NCBI GenBank assembly: GCA_964609135.1
Contig: CAZSQQ010000001.1
Span: 56,673-120,672, forward strand
DNA length: 64,000 nucleotides
From: an uncultured Candidatus Saccharibacteria bacterium
GTDB taxonomy: Bacteria; Patescibacteriota; Minisyncoccia; UBA6257; Colwellbacteraceae
Direction of reading: 5' to 3'
The position numbers and the translations under genes are program-made. The notes beneath the pieces were generated by a model. That model ran no database searches. It was not told the origin of the DNA and saw only the letters and a program-made list of their open reading frames with translations. Below, piece after piece: positions 46,775-54,957 of this stretch. Each line of letters starts with the position of its first letter. Within the stretch, counting starts at the first letter, position 1.

Positions 46775-47347
46775 TCATCTTCTTCCCCTGTTATGAGTAG
46801 CAATAGAAACTATCGAGAAAATGTCTTCTCCCTCTTTTAGAGCATCTAACAACTTCTTAAACATGTAAGCTTTGGGCATATTCGTTTTCTCTTGAATCAT
46901 CAAAAGTTTTGCTAACAATATTAGAAACTCTATGCGATATTCTCCAAAATTACTAATGCCTTGATATTCCTTAATTTTATCCTTGTGTGATTCAAATAAA
47001 TTTTTGATATCTAATGCTATTCCCCGTTCTTTTTCACTATTAACAGGCGAGGTTTCATTCCAAATTTCTATCAAAAAATCCAAAAATTTCTTAATCTTCA
47101 CCTGTTTTGAATTCATCTTAATAAGAAGATCTACTGCCCAGTGAATATGCTTAGGAGTTCTAATATTAGACCAGCCTCCATTTTTCTTAACTTGTCGATA
47201 TTTTATCAAAATATCAAATTTACTTAGTTTACCTTGATATACGCCCACAATTATCTTCGGTTCTGGTTCAAGAATCGTGATGGGCTCAAAAACGCTTCCG
47301 TCTTTATTGAAGGTCATCCACTTCTTTATATCTTCTGGTCTTTCCAT
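46775..47347 (-). CDS. putative type II restriction endonuclease (partner of MTase)
   Basis: 190 aa; start overlaps MTase stop by 1 nt (coupled); no clear PD-ExK identified. Confidence 0.3.
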   Translation of the reverse strand: MERPEDIKKWMTFNKDGSVFEPITILEPEPKIIVGVYQGKLSKFDILIKYRQVKKNGGWSNIRTPKHIHWAVDLLIKMNSKQVKIKKFLDFLIEIWNETSPVNSEKERGIALDIKNLFESHKDKIKEYQGISNFGEYRIEFLILLAKLLMIQEKTNMPKAYMFKKLLDALKEGEDIFSIVSIATHNRGRR

Positions 47348-47348
47348 T

Positions 47349-48191
47349 TCAAAACAATTTCGGGTTCGATTTTAGATCCTTAAATCTTTTTATCGATAGG
47401 TTTAAATATTTTTTCTCTGTATCTATTCCAATGAACTTTCGATCATTTAAAACAGCCGCCAATCCAGTTGTAGAACTGCCAGTGAAGGGATCCAGTATTA
47501 AATCTCCTTTCTTTGTACTAGCTAAAATTATTCTATTCAATAAATCAATAGGTTTTTGAGTAGGATGTTTACCAAATTTCTTTTCTCCGTTTTTTGGAGT
47601 ACCGATAACCCAAACTGATCTCATTTGCTTTCCTGGCTTTTTAATGAAATCTTTCAAATGCCAATTACCTTCCTTAATTAATTTGTAATTAAATGTATGT
47701 TTCGCTTTTTTATCCTTTCTCGCCCATATTAAAGTTTCGTGACTGGCAGTAAAATAGCGACCGCTCAGATTAGGTGACGCATTCGGTTTAAACCAAGATA
47801 TATCGTTCAAAATATGATATCCCAAAGCCTGTAATGCGTACCCACACTGATATATTGAATGATAAGTCCCGCTCACCCAAAGAGTACCACTTGGTTTAAG
47901 AACTCTTTTGCACGCTTTAAGCCAACTATAATGAAAATCATAATCATCTTTAAAGCCTTTACTTTTATCCCAATCTCCTTTGTTAACACTAACTCTTCGA
48001 CCCGCATGCACGGTAAAACCACCGTTGGAAAGATTGTAGGGGGGATCCGCAAAAATCATATCAATTGAATTCTCTGGTATTTTCTCTAAAAGCTTTAGGC
48101 TATCGCCATGATATAAAACAAAATCTCCTTGAATGGAGTAAGGTTTTTGCTTGATTGAGGATAGTATTTTCTTATCTGTTTGGATCATCAA
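47349..48191 (-). CDS. DNA methyltransferase (beta-class N6-adenine/N4-cytosine)
   Basis: Motif IV DPPY (IFADPPYNLS) N-terminal; motif I FxGxG (DPFTGSSTTG) C-terminal. Confidence 0.8.
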   Translation of the reverse strand: MMIQTDKKILSSIKQKPYSIQGDFVLYHGDSLKLLEKIPENSIDMIFADPPYNLSNGGFTVHAGRRVSVNKGDWDKSKGFKDDYDFHYSWLKACKRVLKPSGTLWVSGTYHSIYQCGYALQALGYHILNDISWFKPNASPNLSGRYFTASHETLIWARKDKKAKHTFNYKLIKEGNWHLKDFIKKPGKQMRSVWVIGTPKNGEKKFGKHPTQKPIDLLNRIILASTKKGDLILDPFTGSSTTGLAAVLNDRKFIGIDTEKKYLNLSIKRFKDLKSNPKLF

Positions 48192-48250
48192 AGATACCTA
48201 AATTATGGTCATTTTCCGGCTTAAGACAACTTCTCCACCCTCACCCCGAT

Positions 48251-48293
48251 CCTTCGACGGGGGCTTCGACTGAGCTCAGCCGAATGTCCTCAG
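48251..48293. repeat. GC-rich repeat (inverted copy of element at 59568-59600)
   Basis: CTTCGACTGAGCTCAGCCGAATGTCCTCAG approximates revcomp of CTGAGGACATTCGACCGAGCTCAGTCGAGG. Confidence 0.6.
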
Positions 48294-48304
48294 AACAAGT
48301 TAGC

Positions 48305-49537
48305 CTAAATCAGCTTCTCTATTCTAACACCAATTAACCTTATCTTTTTATTTCGAGGATTTTCTCTTTTATCCAAAAACGGCGCAAGCAACCGCAACGC
48401 CTCAAATTTCAGAGTTCCCAAGTCTGACGCTGGTTTAGCTAAAGTATGCGCCCGGGTTTTAGTCTCAAAGTCCGCGAAACGTACCTTAATCGCCACCGTC
48501 CTAAACCCCCTCAATTCGCCTATTCGCCTATTCCCGCCGGAGGCGGGCAGGCGCGCTTGTCCGCCCCTGGCGGAAATTAGAGAACGGTCCGCCAAACGAT
48601 CAATAACGCTCTCGCAAAGTTCATTCAACCGCTCAGAAATAAATCTCGCATCCTTCGTATCCTCCGAAAAAGTTTCCTCTTCTCCGATTGATTTCGCTTC
48701 ATACTCTTCTACGACCGGTGAATCATCTCTACCTCTTACTTTTTCATACAAATCCAGTCCCCATTTGCCCATCATCTTTTCCATTTCCTCTTTCGAAAAC
48801 TTTTTCATGTCGCGGACCAGTTTCACGCCCAACTTCAAAAACATTTCTTCAGTCTTCGGCCCTATCCCCGGAATCTTCCGAATATGCATAGGCTCCAAAA
48901 ACGCTTCGGCCTCTTCCTCACGCACAATAGTCAGTCCATCGGGCTTATTCATTCCCGAGGCAATCTTCGCAATCAATTTATTAGGCCCCACGCCAACCGA
49001 TACCGTGAGCTTCCGTTTTTCTTTAACTTCCTTTTTTATCTTTTTGCAAAGCTCCCTCGCTTTTTCATACCTATCATCAACCATTCGCCTATTCGCGCGA
49101 ATTAGAGAATGGTCTCCGGCAACGAAACTCAATCCTTCGGCAGACTCAGGATTGACCCTGAACAGAGTCGAAGGGGTCAAATCTGCGTAAGCTTCGTCAA
49201 CACTTGCCTGTTCAACCAGTGCAACATGTGTACGAATGATTTCCATTATCTTTTCGGATTCCTCCGCATACTTTCCCATGTTCACTCCGATGAAAACAGT
49301 CTCTGGCTCGCCCTTCCTCCTTGCAATTTCCGACAACCTCCAAGCTTCCGATATAGGCATGGCCGAATGGATCCCATACTCCCGCGCCTTATAATTCGCG
49401 GTTGAAACAACGCCTCTCCCGCGCCCATCCATCGGATCCGCCCCCACCACAACTGGCAATCCCTCAAGCCGCGGCTTATCCCGCTCCTCAATCGCGGCAA
49501 AGAAAGCGTCCATATCGAAATGAGCAACTATCCTCAT
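48305..49537 (-). CDS. dinB: DNA polymerase IV (DinB), with two in-frame repeat insertions
   Basis: MRIVAHFDMDAFFAAIEERD N-terminus; 410 aa (about 50 aa longer than typical) because of repeat-encoded inserts. Confidence 0.85.
   Translation of the reverse strand: MRIVAHFDMDAFFAAIEERDKPRLEGLPVVVGADPMDGRGRGVVSTANYKAREYGIHSAMPISEAWRLSEIARRKGEPETVFIGVNMGKYAEESEKIMEIIRTHVALVEQASVDEAYADLTPSTLFRVNPESAEGLSFVAGDHSLIRANRRMVDDRYEKARELCKKIKKEVKEKRKLTVSVGVGPNKLIAKIASGMNKPDGLTIVREEEAEAFLEPMHIRKIPGIGPKTEEMFLKLGVKLVRDMKKFSKEEMEKMMGKWGLDLYEKVRGRDDSPVVEEYEAKSIGEEETFSEDTKDARFISERLNELCESVIDRLADRSLISARGGQARLPASGGNRRIGELRGFRTVAIKVRFADFETKTRAHTLAKPASDLGTLKFEALRLLAPFLDKRENPRNKKIRLIGVRIEKLI
48512..48588. repeat. palindromic repeat copy A (expanded variant) inside dinB
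   Basis: CAATTCGCCTATTCGCCTATTC-[CCGCCGGAGGCGGGCAGGCGCGCTTGTCCGCCCCTGGCGG]-AAATTAGAGAA; encodes ...SARGGQARLPASGGNRRIGE... Confidence 0.6.
49081..49112. repeat. palindromic repeat copy B inside dinB
   Basis: CCATTCGCCTATTCGCGCGAATTAGAGAATGG (arms CCATTC/GAATGG; core palindrome ATTCGCGCGAAT); encodes LIRANRRMV in-frame. Confidence 0.65.
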
Positions 49538-49581
49538 GTCGAATAACCTTATACCCTAAGCAACGAGATTTATCCACTCCT

Positions 49582-49613
49582 CTCTATTCGCCCATTCGCG
49601 CGAATTAGAGAAG
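49582..49613. repeat. palindromic repeat copy C (intergenic)
   Basis: CTCTATTCGCCCATTCGCGCGAATTAGAGAAG. Confidence 0.65.
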
Positions 49614-49865
49614 AGAAAGAATGTGACGGACAGCCGGCTTTTGGTTTGGGGCTAAGCGATAAAACATCTGTAAACTCTTCTGATCTCTTTCCACAATATC
49701 AAGAGAATCTAGAATCCTAAGGTGCTTGGAAGTAGCCTTAAATGACAATTTAATCTCGCTGGCAATCTCCCCCACAGCGGCCTCGCGGTTCTGTTTCAGA
49801 TACTTCAAAATTGCCAAACGTCGCCTGTTGGCCAGAGCCTTTAGAACCCTCTCCAATTCTTTCAT
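49605..49865 (-). CDS. ArsR-family transcriptional regulator
   Basis: 86 aa; RRLAILKYL...VGEIASEIKLSFKATSKHLRIL. Confidence 0.6.
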   Translation of the reverse strand: MKELERVLKALANRRRLAILKYLKQNREAAVGEIASEIKLSFKATSKHLRILDSLDIVERDQKSLQMFYRLAPNQKPAVRHILSLL

Positions 49866-49887
49866 GTTGCTGCTTTTATTGTATCAC

Positions 49888-49918
49888 ACTATTCGCCTAT
49901 TCGCGCGAATTAGAGACA
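49888..49918. repeat. palindromic repeat copy D (intergenic)
   Basis: ACTATTCGCCTATTCGCGCGAATTAGAGACA. Confidence 0.65.
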
Positions 49919-50019
49919 TAAGGAAATCGAGGAAACGCTTGCCAAAAGTTCAAGCGGGCTATAAGGTAAACCTAATCCAACCCTGACAGATCTTCGACAA
50001 AAACGAAAGGACAAAACAT

Positions 50020-50595
50020 ATGGGAAAGGTTCGGCATGGCACGATCGAACTCATCGTGGGCGGCATGTACTCGGGGAAGAGCGAAGAGCTTATCCGCCGA
50101 GTCGAAAGGGTCTTGATTGCCAAGCGCGCGGTGCAGGTCTTCAAACCGTCGATCGTCCCGGGTGAAGGGGAGGTTGTAGCCCACAACGGCAGGTCGGCGG
50201 CGGCGATCGCAGTCACGAGTCCTGAGGAGCTTATTCAACTACTCAAGCCCGAGACCGCGACCGTTGCAATCGACGAAATCCAGTTCTTCGACTATCGCAT
50301 CGTGAATGCCGTCCGCGCAATCGCAAAGCAAGGGCGGCGCGTCATCTGCGCTGGTCTTGACCTCGACTTCCGCGGAGAACCCTTCGGCTCGGTGCCGGAA
50401 CTCTTGGCCGTCGCGCAGGAGGTCATGAAGCTCACGGCCATCTGTGTCGTCTGCGGAGAACCCGCTACCATGAGCCAGCGGCTCGTGGACGGGAATCCCG
50501 CGAAGTGGGACGACCCAACGGTCGTAATCGGCGCCGAAGAGAAGTATGAAGCGCGCTGCCCTGAGTGCCACGAGATCGAACGACCGGTACCATAG
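50020..50595 (+). CDS. tdk: thymidine kinase
   Basis: GGMYSGKSEEL P-loop; C-terminal zinc ribbon CVVCGEPA...CPECH; about 60% GC. Confidence 0.85.
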   Translation: MGKVRHGTIELIVGGMYSGKSEELIRRVERVLIAKRAVQVFKPSIVPGEGEVVAHNGRSAAAIAVTSPEELIQLLKPETATVAIDEIQFFDYRIVNAVRAIAKQGRRVICAGLDLDFRGEPFGSVPELLAVAQEVMKLTAICVVCGEPATMSQRLVDGNPAKWDDPTVVIGAEEKYEARCPECHEIERPVP

Positions 50596-50620
50596 AAAGG
50601 CCAGGTGGTACAATAAAGGC

Positions 50621-51508
50621 ATGCGACAGTACTTAGACGTCCTATCCAAAGTCATGACCGAAGGGACTGACCGCTCCGATACGGAGGAAGTTTCAACTCG
50701 CTCCACGACAGCGCAATTCATGCGCTTCAACATGCAGGACGGCTTCCCGGCAGTCACGACGAAACGGCTCGCCTTCAGAACGGCGGTCGCGGAACTTCTC
50801 TGGTTCATCTCGGGGAGTTCGAACGTAAACGAACTCCACAAATTAGGCGTTAAGATCTGGGATGGGGACGCCTATAAGCCCTCCTGGCTTCCAAAAGCGC
50901 AATTTCCCGGAGATGTCGGACGTAATTACTCCAAGCAGTGGCGCGAGTGGCTCGCGCCCGACGGCCGGCATGTGGACCAACTAGGCATAGCGATAAATCT
51001 AATCCAGGAAAAACCGTGGACGGCAAGAGCGCTCGTCTCGGCCTGGAACCCGGGCGAACTCGAAGCGACGGCGCTTCCCGCCTGCCACGTACTCTTCCAG
51101 TTCTACTCGGCCGGCGGAAAGCTCTCGCTAACCATGTACCAGAGAAGCTGCGACATGTTCCTCGGCGTCCCCTTCGACACCGCGGAATTCGCCCTGCTTC
51201 TCCACCTCGTGGCACAGATCACGAACCTCGAACCGTGGGAACTGATTCACGTTCTCGCGGAGCCGCATATCTATGAGGGGCACTTCGAGGCCGTGAAGGA
51301 ACAGCTCACGCGCGAACCATTTCCGCATCCGAAGCTCTGGCTGAATCCGGAGCTAAGGACGCTCGATCAAGTGGTCGCGAAATACCGCGAACTCCTGCAA
51401 AGGGCGGAAGGCGAAGAAAAGCCCCTGAAGCTCATGGATGAAGTGGCCCGGCTCGAGGGCTATAAGTCGCATGAACCCCTGAAGGCCGAAATGGTGGTCA
51501 TCAAATGA
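50621..51508 (+). CDS. thyA: thymidylate synthase (ThyA)
   Basis: MRQYLDVL...RFNMQDGFPAVTTKR...ELLWFISG; catalytic Cys in ALPACHVLFQFY; start trimmed from ORF 50546. Confidence 0.85.
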   Translation: MRQYLDVLSKVMTEGTDRSDTEEVSTRSTTAQFMRFNMQDGFPAVTTKRLAFRTAVAELLWFISGSSNVNELHKLGVKIWDGDAYKPSWLPKAQFPGDVGRNYSKQWREWLAPDGRHVDQLGIAINLIQEKPWTARALVSAWNPGELEATALPACHVLFQFYSAGGKLSLTMYQRSCDMFLGVPFDTAEFALLLHLVAQITNLEPWELIHVLAEPHIYEGHFEAVKEQLTREPFPHPKLWLNPELRTLDQVVAKYRELLQRAEGEEKPLKLMDEVARLEGYKSHEPLKAEMVVIK

Positions 51509-52029
51509 TCGGACGAAGCGTGATCTCCATCGTGGCCGCGATGGACCGGAACCGCGTGATAGGGGTCGAGAACCGCCTGCCGTGGCTCATGCCAGCCGAC
51601 ATGAAGAGATTCCGAGATCTCACGATCGGGAAACCCATCCTCATGGGCCGGAAGACCTTCGAATCCATTCTCGCCTCGCTCGGGAAACCACTCCCCAACC
51701 GCCTGAACATCATTCTCACTCGTGACCAGAACTACAAGGCGCCGAACGGCTGCCGAGTGGTTCATTCTGTAGATGATGCACTCGCAATGGCCAACGGAGC
51801 GGAAGAGGTGATGGTCGCAGGCGGCGCGGACATCTTCCAGCAATTCCTTCCCTACGCCGATTCGGTCTACATGACCGAAATCGATTCTGACTTCGAGGGC
51901 GACGCCTCCTTCCCAGAGATGCCGGAGACGGAGTGGCGGCGGGTTCAGAGCGTCCGACACGAACCGGACGAGAAGAATCCTCATCCCTACTCCTTCCAGC
52001 TCTACGTTCGGAAGGAGAAGCTGAACTAG
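51505..52029 (+). CDS. folA: dihydrofolate reductase
   Basis: ISIVAAMDRNRVIG...LPW...GRKTFESI; ATGA overlap with thyA. Confidence 0.85.
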   Translation: MIGRSVISIVAAMDRNRVIGVENRLPWLMPADMKRFRDLTIGKPILMGRKTFESILASLGKPLPNRLNIILTRDQNYKAPNGCRVVHSVDDALAMANGAEEVMVAGGADIFQQFLPYADSVYMTEIDSDFEGDASFPEMPETEWRRVQSVRHEPDEKNPHPYSFQLYVRKEKLN

Positions 52030-52048
52030 TCCTTTCACCGCAAACGGG

Positions 52049-52080
52049 AGCCCGCACGAGTACTCGTGCGGGCTCTTCAA
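52049..52080 (+). terminator. terminator-like perfect hairpin after folA
   Basis: GAGCCCGCACGAGT/ACTCGTGCGGGCTC followed by TTCAAATTT. Confidence 0.45.
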
Positions 52081-52117
52081 ATTTGTATGCCCTGATTTTT
52101 AGGATAAAATTCATAAG

Positions 52118-52555
52118 ATGACCAAGAAACTAGTCAACCTCCGATACGCCAAAGGAAGCAAATACGGAGAAACGCTAAAAGAAATAAAAACTGCAAAAGT
52201 TTGCCCCTTCTGCCCGAAAACTTTCAAGTGGCATACTAAGCCAACTCTCCGACGAACCAAAAACTGGTTAGTTACAGAAAATTTCAACTCTTACAAGAAC
52301 GCTCGCTACCATTTTCTTGTCATAAGTAAATCTCACAAGGAGGGTTTCCAAGACCTCACTCTTCCCGATTGGCGACAAATTTCAGAACTTGTCCGCTGGG
52401 CTATTCGGAAATACAAAATCAAAGGAGGTGGTTTGATCCTGCGTTTTGGAGACAGTAACTATACGGGGGCAACAGTTACACATTTGCATTTACATTTAAT
52501 AGTCCCGCAACTTAAGCGCGGCAAGGCTCTCAGGGTAGAATTCCCTATCGGATAA
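52118..52555 (+). CDS. HIT-like nucleotide hydrolase/transferase (histidine-triad-like)
   Basis: C-terminal H-x-H-x-H-x-x (THLHLHLIV); N-terminal CPFC. Confidence 0.45.
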   Translation: MTKKLVNLRYAKGSKYGETLKEIKTAKVCPFCPKTFKWHTKPTLRRTKNWLVTENFNSYKNARYHFLVISKSHKEGFQDLTLPDWRQISELVRWAIRKYKIKGGGLILRFGDSNYTGATVTHLHLHLIVPQLKRGKALRVEFPIG

Positions 52556-52556
52556 G

Positions 52557-53381
52557 TTACTTTACGAGAATTAATTTCACTCCGGCCATCCGGAACACCC
52601 GTTCAACGTTCAAGTAAGCGTTGCCGGTCTGGAAATAACATTTCTTGATTCCCGACTGAGAAATAATCTGGGCGCAAGGCACGCAAGGAAAAACATTTAT
52701 GTAGATGCTTGTTCCCTCGAGACTCAAACCCCGTCTTGCGGCTTCACCAACTAAAAGCTGTTCCACGTGAATCGAAGTTGAAAGATCTCTTTTGGTTCCA
52801 GCCTCAATGAAGTCACGGGGATTCCCTTCAATATATGAAATATGGTCGGAGGGCAAATGGTGGCTAACGTCCTCAAGAATCACTTTGCCGTCCTTAACTA
52901 TGACCGCCCCGACCTGCCGCCACCAGTCGGAACTTTTTTCGGCCTGCTTCTTCGCGAGTTCCATTATTTTCCTATCGAAATCGGAGTCGGACACTTCCGC
53001 TTCCTGCGGCAGGTTCTCCGAATAAACATTTTTTTCATCCCAGCGCAGGAAAATGTTGTCATAGAAAACTCTGTTCTTTGGGAAATATTTGTTTACGAAA
53101 TTCAGGGAAATCGCCTCGTCGGCGGTAACGATTTCCGAATCGCCTATTTCGGACAGAGATTTTTTGCCCAGAACCTTTACCGATTTGAATAAGCTAAGAG
53201 ATTCGACAAGCTTTTTTATAGTTTCCGGAGAAAGTGCACGGATTTCCTTGTGGATCCCGGAAAATTCATCGATAAAATCTTCGCCCAAAATATAGAGGAT
53301 ATCAGCGTCATTATGTTTCTTGAAAAATTCGAGATATCCCTCGTGGAGTACCGGAATATAGAGCACGATAACGCGCTTCAT
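52557..53381 (-). CDS. two-domain protein with C-terminal dCMP/cytidine deaminase zinc-binding domain
   Basis: HVEQ...PCVPC zinc-ligand motifs in the C-terminal half; N-terminal about 130 aa unknown. Confidence 0.55.
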   Translation of the reverse strand: MKRVIVLYIPVLHEGYLEFFKKHNDADILYILGEDFIDEFSGIHKEIRALSPETIKKLVESLSLFKSVKVLGKKSLSEIGDSEIVTADEAISLNFVNKYFPKNRVFYDNIFLRWDEKNVYSENLPQEAEVSDSDFDRKIMELAKKQAEKSSDWWRQVGAVIVKDGKVILEDVSHHLPSDHISYIEGNPRDFIEAGTKRDLSTSIHVEQLLVGEAARRGLSLEGTSIYINVFPCVPCAQIISQSGIKKCYFQTGNAYLNVERVFRMAGVKLILVK

Positions 53382-53923
53382 TTTCTCTTTTTCAAAAGAT
53401 GATTTAAGTTCTTTTTAACCGTCTTTTGAATCAGTTTGGAAGTGGAAGTGTCCTTGGCTTGCCGCTTCAAAACCACAACTCTCTTAGAATATTTCCTGAT
53501 GTTACGAAGTTGCTTGGGCGAATAACTCGATTCCTCGGCAATGAAAACGTCGGGGCGAAGATTCCTGATAAGCCCGTACTGCCATTCCCCTTTGCCGTTT
53601 ACATCATCGAGAAGCGCCACAAAATCAACGACGGATTGATAGCTTAACATCTCGCACCGTTCTTTTTGCGGCACGACCGGTCTAAGCGGCCCCTTACTCA
53701 ATCTAACCGCACGGTCACTGTCAACACCCACAACCAGAATATCACCGTGCATCTTCGCTTCATTCAAATAGCGCACGTGACCGATATGAAGGAGATCCCA
53801 AGAACCGATTGTAACCACAATCGTGTGCTTCACCGCCTTCAGGCCATTTATTGCCTGGGTTAGGAGTTCGTAATCGTGAACGATTTTATCCGTTAGTTTC
53901 CTTTTTGGAAAAACGCCATCCAT
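53378..53923 (-). CDS. cytidylyltransferase-like nucleotidyltransferase (HxGH family)
   Basis: GSWDLLHIGHVRYL (HxGH) and VGVDSD. Confidence 0.55.
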   Translation of the reverse strand: MDGVFPKRKLTDKIVHDYELLTQAINGLKAVKHTIVVTIGSWDLLHIGHVRYLNEAKMHGDILVVGVDSDRAVRLSKGPLRPVVPQKERCEMLSYQSVVDFVALLDDVNGKGEWQYGLIRNLRPDVFIAEESSYSPKQLRNIRKYSKRVVVLKRQAKDTSTSKLIQKTVKKNLNHLLKKRK

Positions 53924-53949
53924 AAACTTGCTCGTAATAATAACACCGG

Positions 53950-54957
53950 TCAGCCGTGTTTCACAATAACCACATCTCCATCCTGAACCTCGTATTCTTT
54001 GCCTTCGGTTCTTATTAATCCCTTCTGTTTAGCAGAAACCCAAGACCCTGTTTCCAAAAGTCTCTGCCAATTCACGACATCGAGCCTGATAAATTTGTTT
54101 TCAAAATCGGTGTGAATGACGCCGGAAGCCTGCGGAGCAGCGGTTCCCCTTTCAATCGTCCAAGCCCGAGACTCATCCTCGCCGGTCGTGAAAAAACTTA
54201 TGAGATTCAAAACCTCATAGGCTTTTCTAATCAGGGCCTCAACGCTTTCCTCGCTTCCCAAATCGGCAATAAGATAATCCGAATTAAGGGATTCAATCTT
54301 TTCTTTCAATTCGCTACTCGCATCGGATTCACTGCCGTTCAATAAATAAATCTGCGATTTGGCTGTGAGAAGATTCAATTCGGTGACAGCCGGCCCTGAG
54401 ACAACTTCTTTCCCCAAATTGAAGGCCAGAATTCCCTTATCCAAAGTTTCCTTAACTTTCTTGAGGGTTTCAAAATCATTAATCTTCTGCTTGTCTCCGG
54501 TCCGCGCCTCACCCTCCAGCTTTGAAAGTCTCTTATTAACTGTCTCCAGGTCCTTCAAAATGAGCTCGGTATTTACAATGTCTATGTCCCGCAACGGGTT
54601 AACGTCTTTCTCAACGTGAATGATCTCACCCGCAGGAAAACATCTCACAACCTGAACAATCGCCTTAACGTCCCGGATATGCGATAAGAACTGATTCCCC
54701 AATCCCTCACCTTTGTTGGCCCCCTTAACCAGTCCCGCGATATCATAAAACTCAACCACGGCTGGGATTTTCTTAGCTGACTTACTCATCTCGTTTAACT
54801 TTTCCAGCCTTTCGTCGGGAACAGAAACTACGCCAACATTAGGATCAATCGTCGCAAATGGGTAATTGGCGATATTAACTTGCTGTTTGGTTAAGGCTTT
54901 AAATAAAGTGGACTTGCCGACATTGGGAAGCCCCACGATGCCGATAGAAAGTTTCAT
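53950..54957 (-). CDS. ychF: ribosome-binding ATPase YchF
   Basis: GIVGLPNVGKSTLF G1 motif, Obg-family order, C-terminal TGS-like region. Confidence 0.85.
   Translation of the reverse strand: MKLSIGIVGLPNVGKSTLFKALTKQQVNIANYPFATIDPNVGVVSVPDERLEKLNEMSKSAKKIPAVVEFYDIAGLVKGANKGEGLGNQFLSHIRDVKAIVQVVRCFPAGEIIHVEKDVNPLRDIDIVNTELILKDLETVNKRLSKLEGEARTGDKQKINDFETLKKVKETLDKGILAFNLGKEVVSGPAVTELNLLTAKSQIYLLNGSESDASSELKEKIESLNSDYLIADLGSEESVEALIRKAYEVLNLISFFTTGEDESRAWTIERGTAAPQASGVIHTDFENKFIRLDVVNWQRLLETGSWVSAKQKGLIRTEGKEYEVQDGDVVIVKHG

Noticed and set aside
48512-49918. Possible CRISPR array from the four ATTCGCGCGAAT-containing repeats
   Set aside because: Spacing is irregular (about 570, 500 and 305 bp). 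Two copies lie in-frame inside dinB. The repeats are palindromic with no uniform spacers and no cas genes, so this is a dispersed palindromic element, not CRISPR.
50239-52114. Long antisense ORFs (50239-50841, 50850-51215, 51460-52080, 51716-52114)
   Set aside because: These are artefacts of high GC opposite the real tdk, thyA and folA genes, with Arg/Pro/Gly-rich nonsense composition.
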